64,000 bases of DNA from Chitinophagales bacterium (GTDB taxonomy: Bacteria; Bacteroidota; Bacteroidia; Chitinophagales; UBA10324), in assembly GCA_044227805.1 (NCBI GenBank), contig JBGAWA010000001.1, forward strand, positions 43,740-107,739, written 5' to 3'. Position 1 is the stretch's first letter. Each line of letters begins with the position of its first letter. The translations under genes and the position numbers were made by a program. Of this stretch, positions 10,583-20,811 are shown piece after piece. Below the pieces are notes generated by a model that was not told the DNA's origin, did not search any database, and saw nothing but the letters and a program-made list of their open reading frames with translations.

Positions 10583-12958
10583 ATGAGAATCGGAATTGCA
10601 GTCTGTTTCCTGCTGATAAGTATCATTCAACAGGCAAAAGCTGATGTGTTCGTTGTAATTAACAACCAGGACAGCGGCCCGGGATCACTGCGACAAGCCA
10701 TTACCGATGCTAACAACCATGCTGGTAGCGACAAGATTTATTTTGATATCCCGGAGGGTGATGTAGTTGCGAGAACTATTACGCTGCAAACCGTTCTTCC
10801 TGCACTGACCGGTCCAACCGTCATTGATGCTACCACGCAGCCTATGGGTAATTCATTCGGCATTTCTTATGCGCGCATTCAACTGACTGCGGAGGCAACC
10901 GGCCTTGGACAGGCTTTTACCTTTACAGCTGACTCCTGCGAAGCGTATGGATTCTTCATCAATAAATTTCAAAACGGAATTGTAGTTACCGGAACCTATT
11001 CAAAAGTAGGCGCCATTCAAAAAGGCAATGTGATATTCAATTGCAGCACAGCCGCCATTGATATTGAATTTACCAATCATGCAGCACTGCAGGGCAACCT
11101 GATTGGTGTGGATACCATGGGTGCGATGATGGCAGGTGCAACTGGTGACGGTATTAAGGTGGTGAATTCATACCTGGTAAGCATCGGCGGCAAAACATTG
11201 CTGGCTTACAATGTTATTTCGGGAAACAACAATGGCATCCGTTTGCAGAATGCCACATTTGTTGACATTAACAGCAATAATATTGGAACCAGTCCATCCG
11301 GGCTTCTTGCGCAGCCAAACGCTTACGGTATATACTGTACCGGCATCAACAATAATATCGAAGTAGGTGGCGATTCGCTGTTTGAAAGAAATCTTATTTC
11401 AGGAAATCTGAATGCCGGTATTTATGGTGTGCTTTCCAATTCAGCGATACAGGGCAATGTCATTGGATTAAACAGTGCCGGCGAAGCTTTAGGAAATGGA
11501 ACTTACGGCATCTATCTCACCTTCGGCTCATCAGATAATCTCATCGGAGGCGAATTACTGAAATCTAACGTGATAGCGAAAAACGGACAGGAAGCAATAG
11601 CTTTTCAGAACGGAACCTGTATTCACAATACAATTACAAGAAACAGCCTGTTCTGCAATTCAACTGCTTCCGGCAACGGCGGCATTAAACTTAATCAGGC
11701 AAACGGCGCGATTGCTTCTCCACAACTACTTGTGGTGACTCCGACAGGCCTTGCAGGCGCAACCATTCCGCTCGGTATCGTAGAAATTTTTACTAACGAC
11801 AGTTGCACTTTGTGTGAAGGAAGTTTATATCTGACAACCGTAACTGCCAATGCAAACGGGGTTTTCACCTATAATGCAACGATATCCGGATCCGTCACCG
11901 CCACCATTACAGATGCCATGGGAAACACTTCTTCATTTGCTGGTTGCGCAGATACAAGTTCATCCGTTTGCATCGTTGCAGAATTCATCACCACAGGATC
12001 TAAATGCGAGAACCAATTGATTTCATTTCTCGATCAGTCCGTTACCGAACCATCAACCAGCGTCAGTTCAAGGTTCTGGAATTTTGGTGATGGTGTAACT
12101 TCTACCTCTTCGTCACCTGTTCATGCCTATGCGACTCCAGGAACCTTTTCTGTCAAACTGATTGCTATCAGCGCAAGTGGTTGTACAGATACGATTGTGC
12201 ATGACCTGACTATCAATGCCGTTCCGAACGCTAATTACAATACCTTGCCCGTGTCCTGCACAGGAGAGGTCGTTCATTTTGATGATGCATCCAGCAGTGA
12301 TGTTACTCAGCGCTTCTGGGATTTTGGTGATGGTGGAACAAGCACCAGTACCAACCCATCGCATAGCTATGGTTCACCCGGAGTGTATGCCGTTACGCTT
12401 ACGGTAACCAATGCCTCAGGTTGTACTGATTCCAAATCAGGTAATATCGCTATAGCGCCGCAGCCTGTCGCCGGATTCACTGCCGTAGTTACCGATTTGA
12501 TGGTCAGCTTCACCAACACCTCCAGTTTTAACGGGCCACATTCCTTCTTCTGGAATTTTGATGATGGCAATACCAGTACACTCCAAAACCCGGAACATAC
12601 TTATGCTAATGCCGGGACCTACAATGTTTGCCTGAGCATTTATGATTCTGTTTGTCAGTCCGGAAGTATACTGTGCACCTTGATTGACGTGGTGACCGGT
12701 GTTGATGATCTGGCTTTGCATGAAACCATCAGCATTTATCCAAATCCTGCCAATAGTTACCTGGTTATTAAATGCGGCAATACTGCGGAAGAGATCCGAC
12801 TTACTACGATGGAAGGAAAAAATGTGCTTCATTTCATGAATCAGCAAGCTTTGCAGGATCCCCTTACACTTGCATTGCCTGCACTTGCTCCGGGACTGTA
12901 TCTTTTATATGTTGAAACAGATAAAGGAACCATTGCCAGGAAAGTGGTGATAAATTGA
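10583..12958 (+). CDS. paralogous secreted beta-helix repeat / 3x PKD / T9SS C-terminal-domain protein
   Basis: 791 aa with the same architecture and colinear motifs as 7884..10556 (GSLRQAITDAN, CTLCEG, GNTSSFAGC). It ends IYPNPANSYLVI...GLYLLYV. The gap to the upstream gene is 26 bp. Confidence 0.85.
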   Translation: MRIGIAVCFLLISIIQQAKADVFVVINNQDSGPGSLRQAITDANNHAGSDKIYFDIPEGDVVARTITLQTVLPALTGPTVIDATTQPMGNSFGISYARIQLTAEATGLGQAFTFTADSCEAYGFFINKFQNGIVVTGTYSKVGAIQKGNVIFNCSTAAIDIEFTNHAALQGNLIGVDTMGAMMAGATGDGIKVVNSYLVSIGGKTLLAYNVISGNNNGIRLQNATFVDINSNNIGTSPSGLLAQPNAYGIYCTGINNNIEVGGDSLFERNLISGNLNAGIYGVLSNSAIQGNVIGLNSAGEALGNGTYGIYLTFGSSDNLIGGELLKSNVIAKNGQEAIAFQNGTCIHNTITRNSLFCNSTASGNGGIKLNQANGAIASPQLLVVTPTGLAGATIPLGIVEIFTNDSCTLCEGSLYLTTVTANANGVFTYNATISGSVTATITDAMGNTSSFAGCADTSSSVCIVAEFITTGSKCENQLISFLDQSVTEPSTSVSSRFWNFGDGVTSTSSSPVHAYATPGTFSVKLIAISASGCTDTIVHDLTINAVPNANYNTLPVSCTGEVVHFDDASSSDVTQRFWDFGDGGTSTSTNPSHSYGSPGVYAVTLTVTNASGCTDSKSGNIAIAPQPVAGFTAVVTDLMVSFTNTSSFNGPHSFFWNFDDGNTSTLQNPEHTYANAGTYNVCLSIYDSVCQSGSILCTLIDVVTGVDDLALHETISIYPNPANSYLVIKCGNTAEEIRLTTMEGKNVLHFMNQQALQDPLTLALPALAPGLYLLYVETDKGTIARKVVIN

Positions 12959-12996
12959 TTTTTGCAGATTTCCTATTCCAGGCAGCTGAATGATGC

Positions 12997-13025
12997 GCCC
13001 CGCAGTTTGCCGGGGCTTTTTTTTT
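12997..13025 (+). terminator. rho-independent terminator after the second beta-helix gene
   Basis: GCCCCG, loop CAGTTTGC, CGGGGC, followed by T9. Confidence 0.75.
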
Positions 13026-13042
13026 GCGGATAGCCATAGCGG

Positions 13043-13201
13043 TTGCCCAGCATTTTTAGTTTCAAAACATTAATGGGTTTTGGCCCGGCAAAGCTTTACT
13101 TTGGATTGCGAAACATTTTATTTTTTGAAAAATATGAGTAAAAGTTTTCCCGCTTCCATGACCGGCAACGCTGGATTTTTCAATGGAAAAATCCGGCTTA
13201 A
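13043..13201 (-). repeat. diverged copy of the 162-bp TIR/hairpin element
   Basis: Colinear by eye with the reverse-oriented element. CATTTTTAGTTTCAAAA corresponds to CATTTTGCAATTCAAAG, GCGAAACATTTTATTTTT to GTGAAACATTTTCTTTT, and CTGGATTTTTCAATGGAAAAATCCGGCTTAA to CGGGATTTTTCCACTGAAAAATCCGGGTTGAA. Confidence 0.5.
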
Positions 13202-13348
13202 TCAATTCGTACCTATATCTTTGCAGCCGTACCTGCTTTTGCAAAAACTGATTTTTTTATAGGCAGGCACTATGAATTTTACTGTTGAAAAGGCAATGTC
13301 TAATTTTAATCTAATAACTATTTTTTAACCGATACCAAACAACTACAC

Positions 13349-14677
13349 ATGGAAGGAACAAAAATTACCATGAGCCGCGGAAATTTGAAAGTCCCCAATG
13401 ACCCGATCATTCCATTTATTGAAGGCGACGGCACAGGACCGGACATCTGGCGCTCAGCAGTGCGTGTAATGGATGCCGCGGTTGATAAAGCTTATAAAGG
13501 CAAAAAGAAAATTTACTGGAAAGAGGTGCTGGCGGGTGAGAAAGCCTTCAATCAAACCGGAAACTGGCTGCCCGACGCTACGTTAGATGCTTTTAAAGAA
13601 TACCTGGTGGGAATAAAAGGGCCTTTAACGACACCCATTGGCGGCGGTATCCGATCATTGAATGTAGCCTTGCGTCAGATCCTCGACCTGTATGTATGTC
13701 TCCGGCCGGTACGTTATTTCACCGGAGTCCCTTCGCCGGTGAAAAAACCAGAAGCGGTGGATATGGTCATCTTCCGCGAAAATACCGAAGACATTTATGC
13801 AGGAATAGAATATGCAGCCGGCACTCAGGAAGCGGAAAAGATTCTAAAGTTTTTCAAAAAGAACTTTCCGAAGGAATATGGAAAAATACGGTTCAATGAA
13901 AAGAAGCGAGGCAAGGAATTTCTGAAAATGACTAAGAGCAAGGCAAACCCTGACACCTGTGTGGGTATCGGATTCAAGCCTGTTTCACGCATTGGTTCTC
14001 AACGGCTGATTGGTGCTGCCATCGAATATGCTTTGATGCATAAAAGAAAAAGTGTAACTCTCGTACACAAGGGTAATATCATGAAGTTCACGGAAGGTGC
14101 ATTCCGCGACTGGGGTTACCAGCTGGCAGAAGAAAAATACGGCGACCAAGTATATACCTGGTCGCAGTGGGAACGAACTAAAAAAGAAAAAGGAGAAGAT
14201 ACTGCCAATGCTGAACAGAAAGCGGCCATGGACTCAGGCAAACTGCTGATTAAAGATGCCATTGCTGACATCACCTTGCAACAGGTGCTTACCCGGCCGG
14301 AAGACTTTGATGTAATCGCCACGCTGAACCTCAACGGAGATTATTTATCAGATGCCCTGGCAGCACAGGTAGGCGGAATCGGCATTGCGCCAGGTGCCAA
14401 CATCAACTATGTTACCGGCCATGCCATCTTTGAAGCCACGCATGGAACCGCTCCCAAATATGCAAACCAGGATAAAGTAAATCCGGGTTCAGTAATTCTT
14501 TCCGGAGCAATGATGTTTGAGCACTTAGGATGGTTACCGGCTGCAAAACTGATCTATGCTGGGCTTGAAAAATCCATTGCAATTAAGCGTGTTACTTATG
14601 ATTTTGAACGGCAGATGGAAGGAGCCACATTGCTGAAGTGCTCCGAGTTTGGCGACGAGATTATCAGGAATATGTAG
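13349..14677 (+). CDS. icd: NADP-dependent isocitrate dehydrogenase
   Basis: 442 aa. The N-terminus ([30 protein letters not shown]) is colinear with E. coli Icd, and it contains [20 protein letters not shown]. Confidence 0.95.
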   Translation: MEGTKITMSRGNLKVPNDPIIPFIEGDGTGPDIWRSAVRVMDAAVDKAYKGKKKIYWKEVLAGEKAFNQTGNWLPDATLDAFKEYLVGIKGPLTTPIGGGIRSLNVALRQILDLYVCLRPVRYFTGVPSPVKKPEAVDMVIFRENTEDIYAGIEYAAGTQEAEKILKFFKKNFPKEYGKIRFNEKKRGKEFLKMTKSKANPDTCVGIGFKPVSRIGSQRLIGAAIEYALMHKRKSVTLVHKGNIMKFTEGAFRDWGYQLAEEKYGDQVYTWSQWERTKKEKGEDTANAEQKAAMDSGKLLIKDAIADITLQQVLTRPEDFDVIATLNLNGDYLSDALAAQVGGIGIAPGANINYVTGHAIFEATHGTAPKYANQDKVNPGSVILSGAMMFEHLGWLPAAKLIYAGLEKSIAIKRVTYDFERQMEGATLLKCSEFGDEIIRNM

Positions 14678-14973
14678 TGATTATTACATACGACTGGTCA
14701 AGTAATAAGTATTTGTCATTCAGTAAAACCGGCGTGCATTTCCTGCATGTTGCATTGCCCGTAAAATGAAAGACCTGTTCATCCTGGCAGGGTCTTCAGC
14801 AATGGTCTGCTCACTTCTTAAAGGCGACAGAATCAACTTTATAGAAAGTTGAATCCGACAGTATCCATTGCATGTCTTACATTTTTAACCCTGGTTTTCA
14901 ATTGAAAAAACCCGGGCTAAAAATATAGGCAAAATCATTATATCGCGGAATCAATTTGATATTTTTACAGGAC

Positions 14974-16392
14974 ATGCAACCCATTACCATCCATGAATTA
15001 AAAAAGGTAATCGCACTCAGCGATTTACCCGATGAGCACCTGCAATGGCTCCTCGATCATTCAGAAACCGAAGAATATGAAGAGGGATCGGTGATAATGA
15101 AAACCGGCGAAATACCTGAGTACATGGTATTCATTGTGGAAGGCAAACTTTCATTTTACATGAATAACAATGGAACACTGGTGCATTATATTGATTTTGC
15201 CAACGACGAATCCACCGGTGGCGCAACCGGTTTATTGCCTTACTCCAGGATGAAAGTATCACCGGGCTATTCTATCGCCAATGGAAAACTGCGCAGTATC
15301 CGGTTGCATAAGAAGCACTTTGCCGCACTCGAGCAACTCAACCCTGATTTGATCCAGCGGCTGATCGGATACATGACAGAACGGGCAAGGTCATTTGCCA
15401 CTACGCAACTGCAGCATGAAAAGGTGAATGCATTGGGCAAGCTTGCCGCCGGCATAGCACATGAATTGAATAATCCGGCTGCTGCCATCAACAGGATCTC
15501 CGCTGAGCTGAGCAAGCGCCTGGATGAAAATTACCTCCTGACAGAAAAACTGCTGCAATACAATATCAGTCCGGAGCACCTCCGCAATATCCGCAGCATG
15601 GCCAATGAAAAAGAAAAAGAACGCAATAGCCATCCGAAGCTCAGCCCTTTGCAGCGACTGGAAAAAGAAGATGAAATCAATGACTGGCTTCATGAACAGG
15701 GGCCTGACGCCAATAAACTGACAGGCGAAACATTTGCTGACGCAGGATTTTCGGGTGCTGATCTCGAGAGCATCAGGGAAGATGCAGGCAAGGAAGCTTT
15801 CATACCTGTACTTTACTGGATTGAAAATTTGTTAAGTTCTCAGCGTGTCATCAAGGACCTGCATGAGGCCTCCTCGAGGATTTCCAATCTGGTTGGTGCC
15901 ATCAAAAGCCATGTACACATGGATCGAACCGCTGATCTGCAGCTGACGGATATTCACCGCGATATTGAAAACACCCTTACGCTGCTGGGATACAAACTGC
16001 GGGAGAAAAATATATCGGTGAAAAAAATATTCGCGGAAAACCTTCCTCCCATTCCAGCCTATGTGGGGGAACTTAACCAGGTATGGAACAATATTATTGA
16101 CAATGCGATCTTCGCGATGCCCAGGCAGGGTGAGTTGATTATTGAAACCGGCTTCAACAAGAAGAACGCAAATGTTAAATTTATTGATAACGGTCCGGGC
16201 ATCAGCCCAGAAATACTGTCCCGCATTTTTGATCCTTTTTTCACCACCAAAAAAGTAGGAGAAGGAACAGGGATAGGATTAGACCTGGTGAACCGTGCCA
16301 TCAAACACCACAATGGAGATATTAAAGTAAACTCAAAACCAGGCAGAACAGAGTTTTTGATCTGTCTCCCGGTAACGGAAGCAAAACAGTAA
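14974..16392 (+). CDS. sensor histidine kinase with an N-terminal cyclic-nucleotide-binding-like (CAP_ED) domain
   Basis: Track ORF starts at TTG 14956; the ATG is at 14974. It has an N-terminal beta-roll-like segment (GSVIMKTGEIPEYMVFIVEGKLSF), the H-box LGKLAAGIAHELNNPAAAI, and the HATPase_c motifs NIIDNAIFAM, DNGPGI and GTGIGL. No TM segment is evident. Confidence 0.85.
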   Translation: MQPITIHELKKVIALSDLPDEHLQWLLDHSETEEYEEGSVIMKTGEIPEYMVFIVEGKLSFYMNNNGTLVHYIDFANDESTGGATGLLPYSRMKVSPGYSIANGKLRSIRLHKKHFAALEQLNPDLIQRLIGYMTERARSFATTQLQHEKVNALGKLAAGIAHELNNPAAAINRISAELSKRLDENYLLTEKLLQYNISPEHLRNIRSMANEKEKERNSHPKLSPLQRLEKEDEINDWLHEQGPDANKLTGETFADAGFSGADLESIREDAGKEAFIPVLYWIENLLSSQRVIKDLHEASSRISNLVGAIKSHVHMDRTADLQLTDIHRDIENTLTLLGYKLREKNISVKKIFAENLPPIPAYVGELNQVWNNIIDNAIFAMPRQGELIIETGFNKKNANVKFIDNGPGISPEILSRIFDPFFTTKKVGEGTGIGLDLVNRAIKHHNGDIKVNSKPGRTEFLICLPVTEAKQ

Positions 16393-16396
16393 ACAG

Positions 16397-18058
16397 ATGA
16401 AACAACCCTTCATCATTCTGGTGGATGACGATGAGCAGGTGCTGCACGCCATTCAAAGGGATATCAGAAATGAATATCGTGATGCCTATCGCATCAGTGG
16501 CAATGCATCAGCCATAGAAGCCCTGGAGCTCATCAAAGCGCTTCACCTCAAAAATGAAACAATAGCCTTGATCATCTCCGATCAGCGCATGCCTGAAATG
16601 GAAGGCATTGATTTCCTTTCCAGGGCCAAAGAGATTTATCCTGATACGCGAACAATCTTACTCACGGCTTATTCTGATATCGAAGCGGCAATCAGGGCGA
16701 TCAACCTGATCAAACTGGACTATTACCTGCTGAAGCCCTGGAATCCACCGGAAGAAAAACTTTATCCTGTTGTAGATGATTTACTGGATGAATGGAACGC
16801 GCTTTATAAACCTGATCATGAAGGCATCCGCATAGTTGGGTTTCAATGGTCGCCCAAGTCACATAGGCTGAAAGAATTTCTTTCCGGAAACCTGATTCCC
16901 TTTTTATGGCTGGATGTTGAAACAAATAAAGGTGCTGAAAAATACCTTGCGAGCGCAAATGTGACCGCTGCTGAATTACCGCTGGTCATTCTGAAAGACG
17001 GCTCCTTCCTTTCAGACCCGGCTTTGCCAGATCTTGCAGCACATGTCGGGCTGCAACAAACCGCCAGCCACGAGGTATACGACGTATTGATTGCAGGAGC
17101 CGGGCCGGCAGGACTGGCCGCTTCGGTGTATGGCTCGTGCGAAGGGTTGAAGACCTTGCTGATTGAAAAAAATAACCCTGGCGGACAAGCCGGCAGCAGT
17201 GCGAGAATTGAAAATTATCTTGGCTTTCCCAAAGGCCTATCCGGCGCCGAACTCAGTCAGCGGGCCATTGCACAAACCCTCCGGTTCGGAACAGAAATAC
17301 TCACCCCCAAGAGTGTAAAAAACATTCGTATTCAGGACGGATATAAGATTGTGGAGATGACGGATGGTATGCAGGTAATGTGTAAATCCATCGTGATAGC
17401 AACAGGGGTTGAATACAGGAAGCTGGATATTCCCGGTATTGAAAACTTTACGGGTGCTGGCATTTATTATGGATCCGCTTCCGTGGAGGCGCGCGCCTGC
17501 AGAGATGAATGCGTTTATATTGTTGGAGGAGCTAACTCAGCTTGCCAGGCAGCACTTCACATCAGCAAGTTTGCCAGGGAAGTGAACCTGCTCATCAGAC
17601 GCGATTCCATAAAAAGCACTGCTGCCAATTACCTTGCTGAAAATATTGGCAAAACGCCGAATATCCATGTTCACCCACATACAGTGATCATCCGGGTGGA
17701 AGGCAATAAAGAACTGGAAAAAATTACACTGAAGAATGGAGCTACGGGAGAAGAAAAGACGGTGTCGGCCAAAGCGCTGTTTATTTATATCGGAGCCAAA
17801 CCCGGTACTACCTGGCTGAATGATCTGGTGCTGAAAGATGAAGCTGGTTTCATTGTTACCGGAAGCGACTTATTAAAAACAAAATCATTTAATTCGATCT
17901 GGAAACTTCAGCGGGAACCTTATATGGCGGAAACAAGTGTGCCCGGAATTTTTGCCTCAGGTGATGTGCGTTTCGGTGCCATGACTGGCATTTCTGCGGC
18001 GGTGGGAGAAGGCGCCATGGCTATTCGGTTTGTCCGGAAATACCTTAGTGAAATGTAA
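16397..18058 (+). CDS. response-regulator receiver fused to a thioredoxin-reductase-like FAD/NAD(P) oxidoreductase
   Basis: It starts 4 nt after the HK stop. The REC domain has DDD, SDQRMPEMEG and KP. The TrxR-like part has GAGPAGLAASVY, GGQ...IENYLGFP, VGGANSACQAALHISKF and GIFASGDV. The CATC active-site dithiol position reads GSAS. Confidence 0.85.
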   Translation: MKQPFIILVDDDEQVLHAIQRDIRNEYRDAYRISGNASAIEALELIKALHLKNETIALIISDQRMPEMEGIDFLSRAKEIYPDTRTILLTAYSDIEAAIRAINLIKLDYYLLKPWNPPEEKLYPVVDDLLDEWNALYKPDHEGIRIVGFQWSPKSHRLKEFLSGNLIPFLWLDVETNKGAEKYLASANVTAAELPLVILKDGSFLSDPALPDLAAHVGLQQTASHEVYDVLIAGAGPAGLAASVYGSCEGLKTLLIEKNNPGGQAGSSARIENYLGFPKGLSGAELSQRAIAQTLRFGTEILTPKSVKNIRIQDGYKIVEMTDGMQVMCKSIVIATGVEYRKLDIPGIENFTGAGIYYGSASVEARACRDECVYIVGGANSACQAALHISKFAREVNLLIRRDSIKSTAANYLAENIGKTPNIHVHPHTVIIRVEGNKELEKITLKNGATGEEKTVSAKALFIYIGAKPGTTWLNDLVLKDEAGFIVTGSDLLKTKSFNSIWKLQREPYMAETSVPGIFASGDVRFGAMTGISAAVGEGAMAIRFVRKYLSEM

Positions 18059-18263
18059 TATGCTGACTGCTGATAAAAAGAGAACCAATTTTGAGCAATT
18101 ACTTGAAGGATGCATTCAAGGCTCATCATCTACCATAGACTTGGTTCCGGACTTTTCCATTTTAAATTCCAAATAAATAAGACGACAAGCGGCTCGGCTG
18201 AGATAGATCGAATCGCCTCTCATTTCTTTCCATCTATCTTCATTTTCCCCAATAACACACGCT

Positions 18264-19235
18264 ATGACCAAGCAACAGGTGCTACATACCCTTAAAAAAC
18301 ATTTGCAAACGGCAATAGCACTCGAACATTCTACTTTACCACCCTACCTTACGGCTTATTGGAGTATTCAAGGCAATTCTGAAAATGCATTACATGTTAA
18401 AAATTATTTCCTCTCTGTAATACAGGAAGAAATGCTGCACATGGCAATGGCATGTAATATTCTGAATGCGATTGGCGGCACACCAAAAATCAATGATCCT
18501 TTGACTTTACCAGCATTTCCCTGTTCCTTGCCCGGCCATAGCAAAACCAACAATGCCTTTCTTGTGCACCTGGATAAATGCTGTCCGCAATCCGTAACCA
18601 ATTTTGTGCAGATAGAAATGCCGGAAGAATTCATGGGTAGCAAGCACCATGCAGACGGATGGTGTACCATTGGTGAATTTTATGATGAGATAACGACTTT
18701 GATACGGCACAATTCACTCAGTGATACTGATTTTACATTTGGAAAGCAGCTGGACAATTCCTTTAATCCCGGGAAAGGTAAATTATATAGCGTTCGAAAC
18801 AGGCAGGATGCGCTGAACGCATTGGATGAAATAATTGATCAGGGAGAAGGCCATTCCGGGAAACTTTATAATAAAGATCATGAACTCACGCATTACTGGA
18901 AATTTTTTGCCATCCGCGATCTGATGCAAAAGAACCTATGGCACTATGAAGAGGAAGTGATAAATATGGCCAGAGATCCGGATGAAAAATACTTTACAGC
19001 CGAAGCCAGGCAGCTCAATAACCATTTCAACATGCTCTACAGCGAGTTGCTGGACGCGATGCAAGCAGCATTCACCAGTGAGACACCATTACTTGATGAA
19101 CCGATAAGAATTATGTATTTGCTGAAAGAACCAGCCAGTGAACTCATGCAAATACCATTGGTAGGGAAAGAAGGTAATGCAGGTCCTACGTTCCGGTATA
19201 TGCGGCAGGACAAGAGAATCAGCTTGCTGCCATAG
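18264..19235 (+). CDS. ferritin-like domain protein (Pfam Ferritin-like, PF12902-type)
   Basis: 323 aa with LEHSTLPPYLTAYWSI and EEMLHMAMACNILNAIGG, as I remember for this family. Confidence 0.65.
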   Translation: MTKQQVLHTLKKHLQTAIALEHSTLPPYLTAYWSIQGNSENALHVKNYFLSVIQEEMLHMAMACNILNAIGGTPKINDPLTLPAFPCSLPGHSKTNNAFLVHLDKCCPQSVTNFVQIEMPEEFMGSKHHADGWCTIGEFYDEITTLIRHNSLSDTDFTFGKQLDNSFNPGKGKLYSVRNRQDALNALDEIIDQGEGHSGKLYNKDHELTHYWKFFAIRDLMQKNLWHYEEEVINMARDPDEKYFTAEARQLNNHFNMLYSELLDAMQAAFTSETPLLDEPIRIMYLLKEPASELMQIPLVGKEGNAGPTFRYMRQDKRISLLP

Positions 19236-19539
19236 CACAAATTCCTCATTCAAAGTTCGTTCAAAAAATTTTGCGACGTAATAACAATTTTCCTTTTATC
19301 CATCATTTACGCTGCAATCAGCAGTGACGTCAGATTATTTGAATGAAGCTTCCTGTTACAAATTAACTGCTGTGTATTCAATGGTCGCAACCCTTTCACC
19401 CTGTCCATTCACTCATTGTTAATGGTTACGTAATTTTATAGTATAAACACAAGCGAGAATGAAAATATTTCAACAAGTTGTTTCCGGGTTGGAAACGCAG
19501 GTTACCGCTCGTGCAACAGCTGTCTAAATCTTGTACAAC

Positions 19540-20811
19540 ATGGATACCAGTCATAAATTCAAGCCTGAGAGCCTGATGATGTCCTATGGTTATAAGCCAT
19601 CACTTTCAGAAGGTGCGATCAAGTCACCTGTTTTTCAGACCTCCACCTTTGTTTTCAAAAGCGCCGAAGAAGGCAAAGCTTTTTTTGAAGTCGCCTACGG
19701 TTTACGAGAAAAAAGAATTAACGAAAAGCCCGGTTTGATTTACAGCCGTATTAACAATCCTGATCTTGAAATTTTAGAAAACCGTTTAACCCTGTGGGAT
19801 GAAGCGGAAGACTGTGCTGTTTTTGAGAGTGGTATGTCCGCTATCAGCACGGTGTTGCTGGAGTTTCTGCAACCCGGAGACCTGCTGCTGTTCAGCACGC
19901 CGGTTTATGGTGGAACCGATCACCTCATTCATCATTTCCTCACAAGGTTCGGCATCCATGTATTGGCATTCAAGCCAGGAATGGATCAGCATGAAATCGA
20001 AAACCTGATTGAACAGACCGGATGGGCAGATAAACTGGCGATGATTTTTGTAGAGACACCTGCTAATCCCACCAATGCGCTCATTGATATTGCCTGTTGC
20101 AAGGCTATAGCGGATAAATACAGTACGAGAACCAGGCAGGTCTATTTGTCGGTTGACAACACCTATATGGGTCCTCTCTGGCAACACCCGTTGAAGTTAG
20201 GTGCGGATTTTTCAATTTATTCCGCTACCAAATATATTGGCGGTCATAGTGATGTAATTGCCGGTGCCTGTTGTGGAAATAAAACATTGATCGGCCGAGT
20301 AAAAACATTGCGGACATTTTTGGGAAACATGGCATCACCGCACACAGGCTGGTTACTGATGCGAAGCCTTGAAACCTTGAAAGTCAGAATGGAGCAACAA
20401 GCACTGAATGCGGAAAAAGTAGCTGAATTTTTAAGTTATCATCCTAAGATTGAACGGGTGAATTATCCGGGACTGATCTCAAAAGACACTAAGGAGTATG
20501 AAATCTTTAAAAGGCAATGCTCTTCACCAGGTGCCATGCTCTCATTTGAAATAGTGGGCGGCGAGCCTGAAGCATTTATGTTTATGAATTCATTAAAAAT
20601 GATCAAGCTGGCGGTAAGTCTTGGCGGTACTGAATCACTGGCTGAACACCCTGCAACCATGACACATGCCGGTGTGGAACCACATCAGCGGGAGGAGATG
20701 TCTATCACTGATAAGCTGATCAGGCTTTCCATTGGTGTGGAAAACTATAATGATATCATTTGGGACCTTCAGCAGGCATTAAGCAAAGTTCAACTGCTGG
20801 AGATAGCTTGA
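19540..20811 (+). CDS. Cys/Met-metabolism PLP-dependent enzyme (cystathionine gamma-synthase / beta-lyase / methionine gamma-lyase family)
   Basis: Track ORF starts at TTG 19531; the ATG is at 19540. It has the PLP-lysine context YSATKYIGGHSD and the typical C-terminal LIRLSIGVE. Confidence 0.85.
   Translation: MDTSHKFKPESLMMSYGYKPSLSEGAIKSPVFQTSTFVFKSAEEGKAFFEVAYGLREKRINEKPGLIYSRINNPDLEILENRLTLWDEAEDCAVFESGMSAISTVLLEFLQPGDLLLFSTPVYGGTDHLIHHFLTRFGIHVLAFKPGMDQHEIENLIEQTGWADKLAMIFVETPANPTNALIDIACCKAIADKYSTRTRQVYLSVDNTYMGPLWQHPLKLGADFSIYSATKYIGGHSDVIAGACCGNKTLIGRVKTLRTFLGNMASPHTGWLLMRSLETLKVRMEQQALNAEKVAEFLSYHPKIERVNYPGLISKDTKEYEIFKRQCSSPGAMLSFEIVGGEPEAFMFMNSLKMIKLAVSLGGTESLAEHPATMTHAGVEPHQREEMSITDKLIRLSIGVENYNDIIWDLQQALSKVQLLEIA

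Noticed and set aside
19236-19539. A riboswitch (SAM-I or SAM-II) or other leader upstream of the Cys/Met PLP enzyme gene.
   Set aside because: I could not find the conserved SAM-riboswitch core sequences. Only small generic hairpins are visible (for example GTTTCC-GGGT-TGGAAAC). A covariance-model scan would be needed to settle it.
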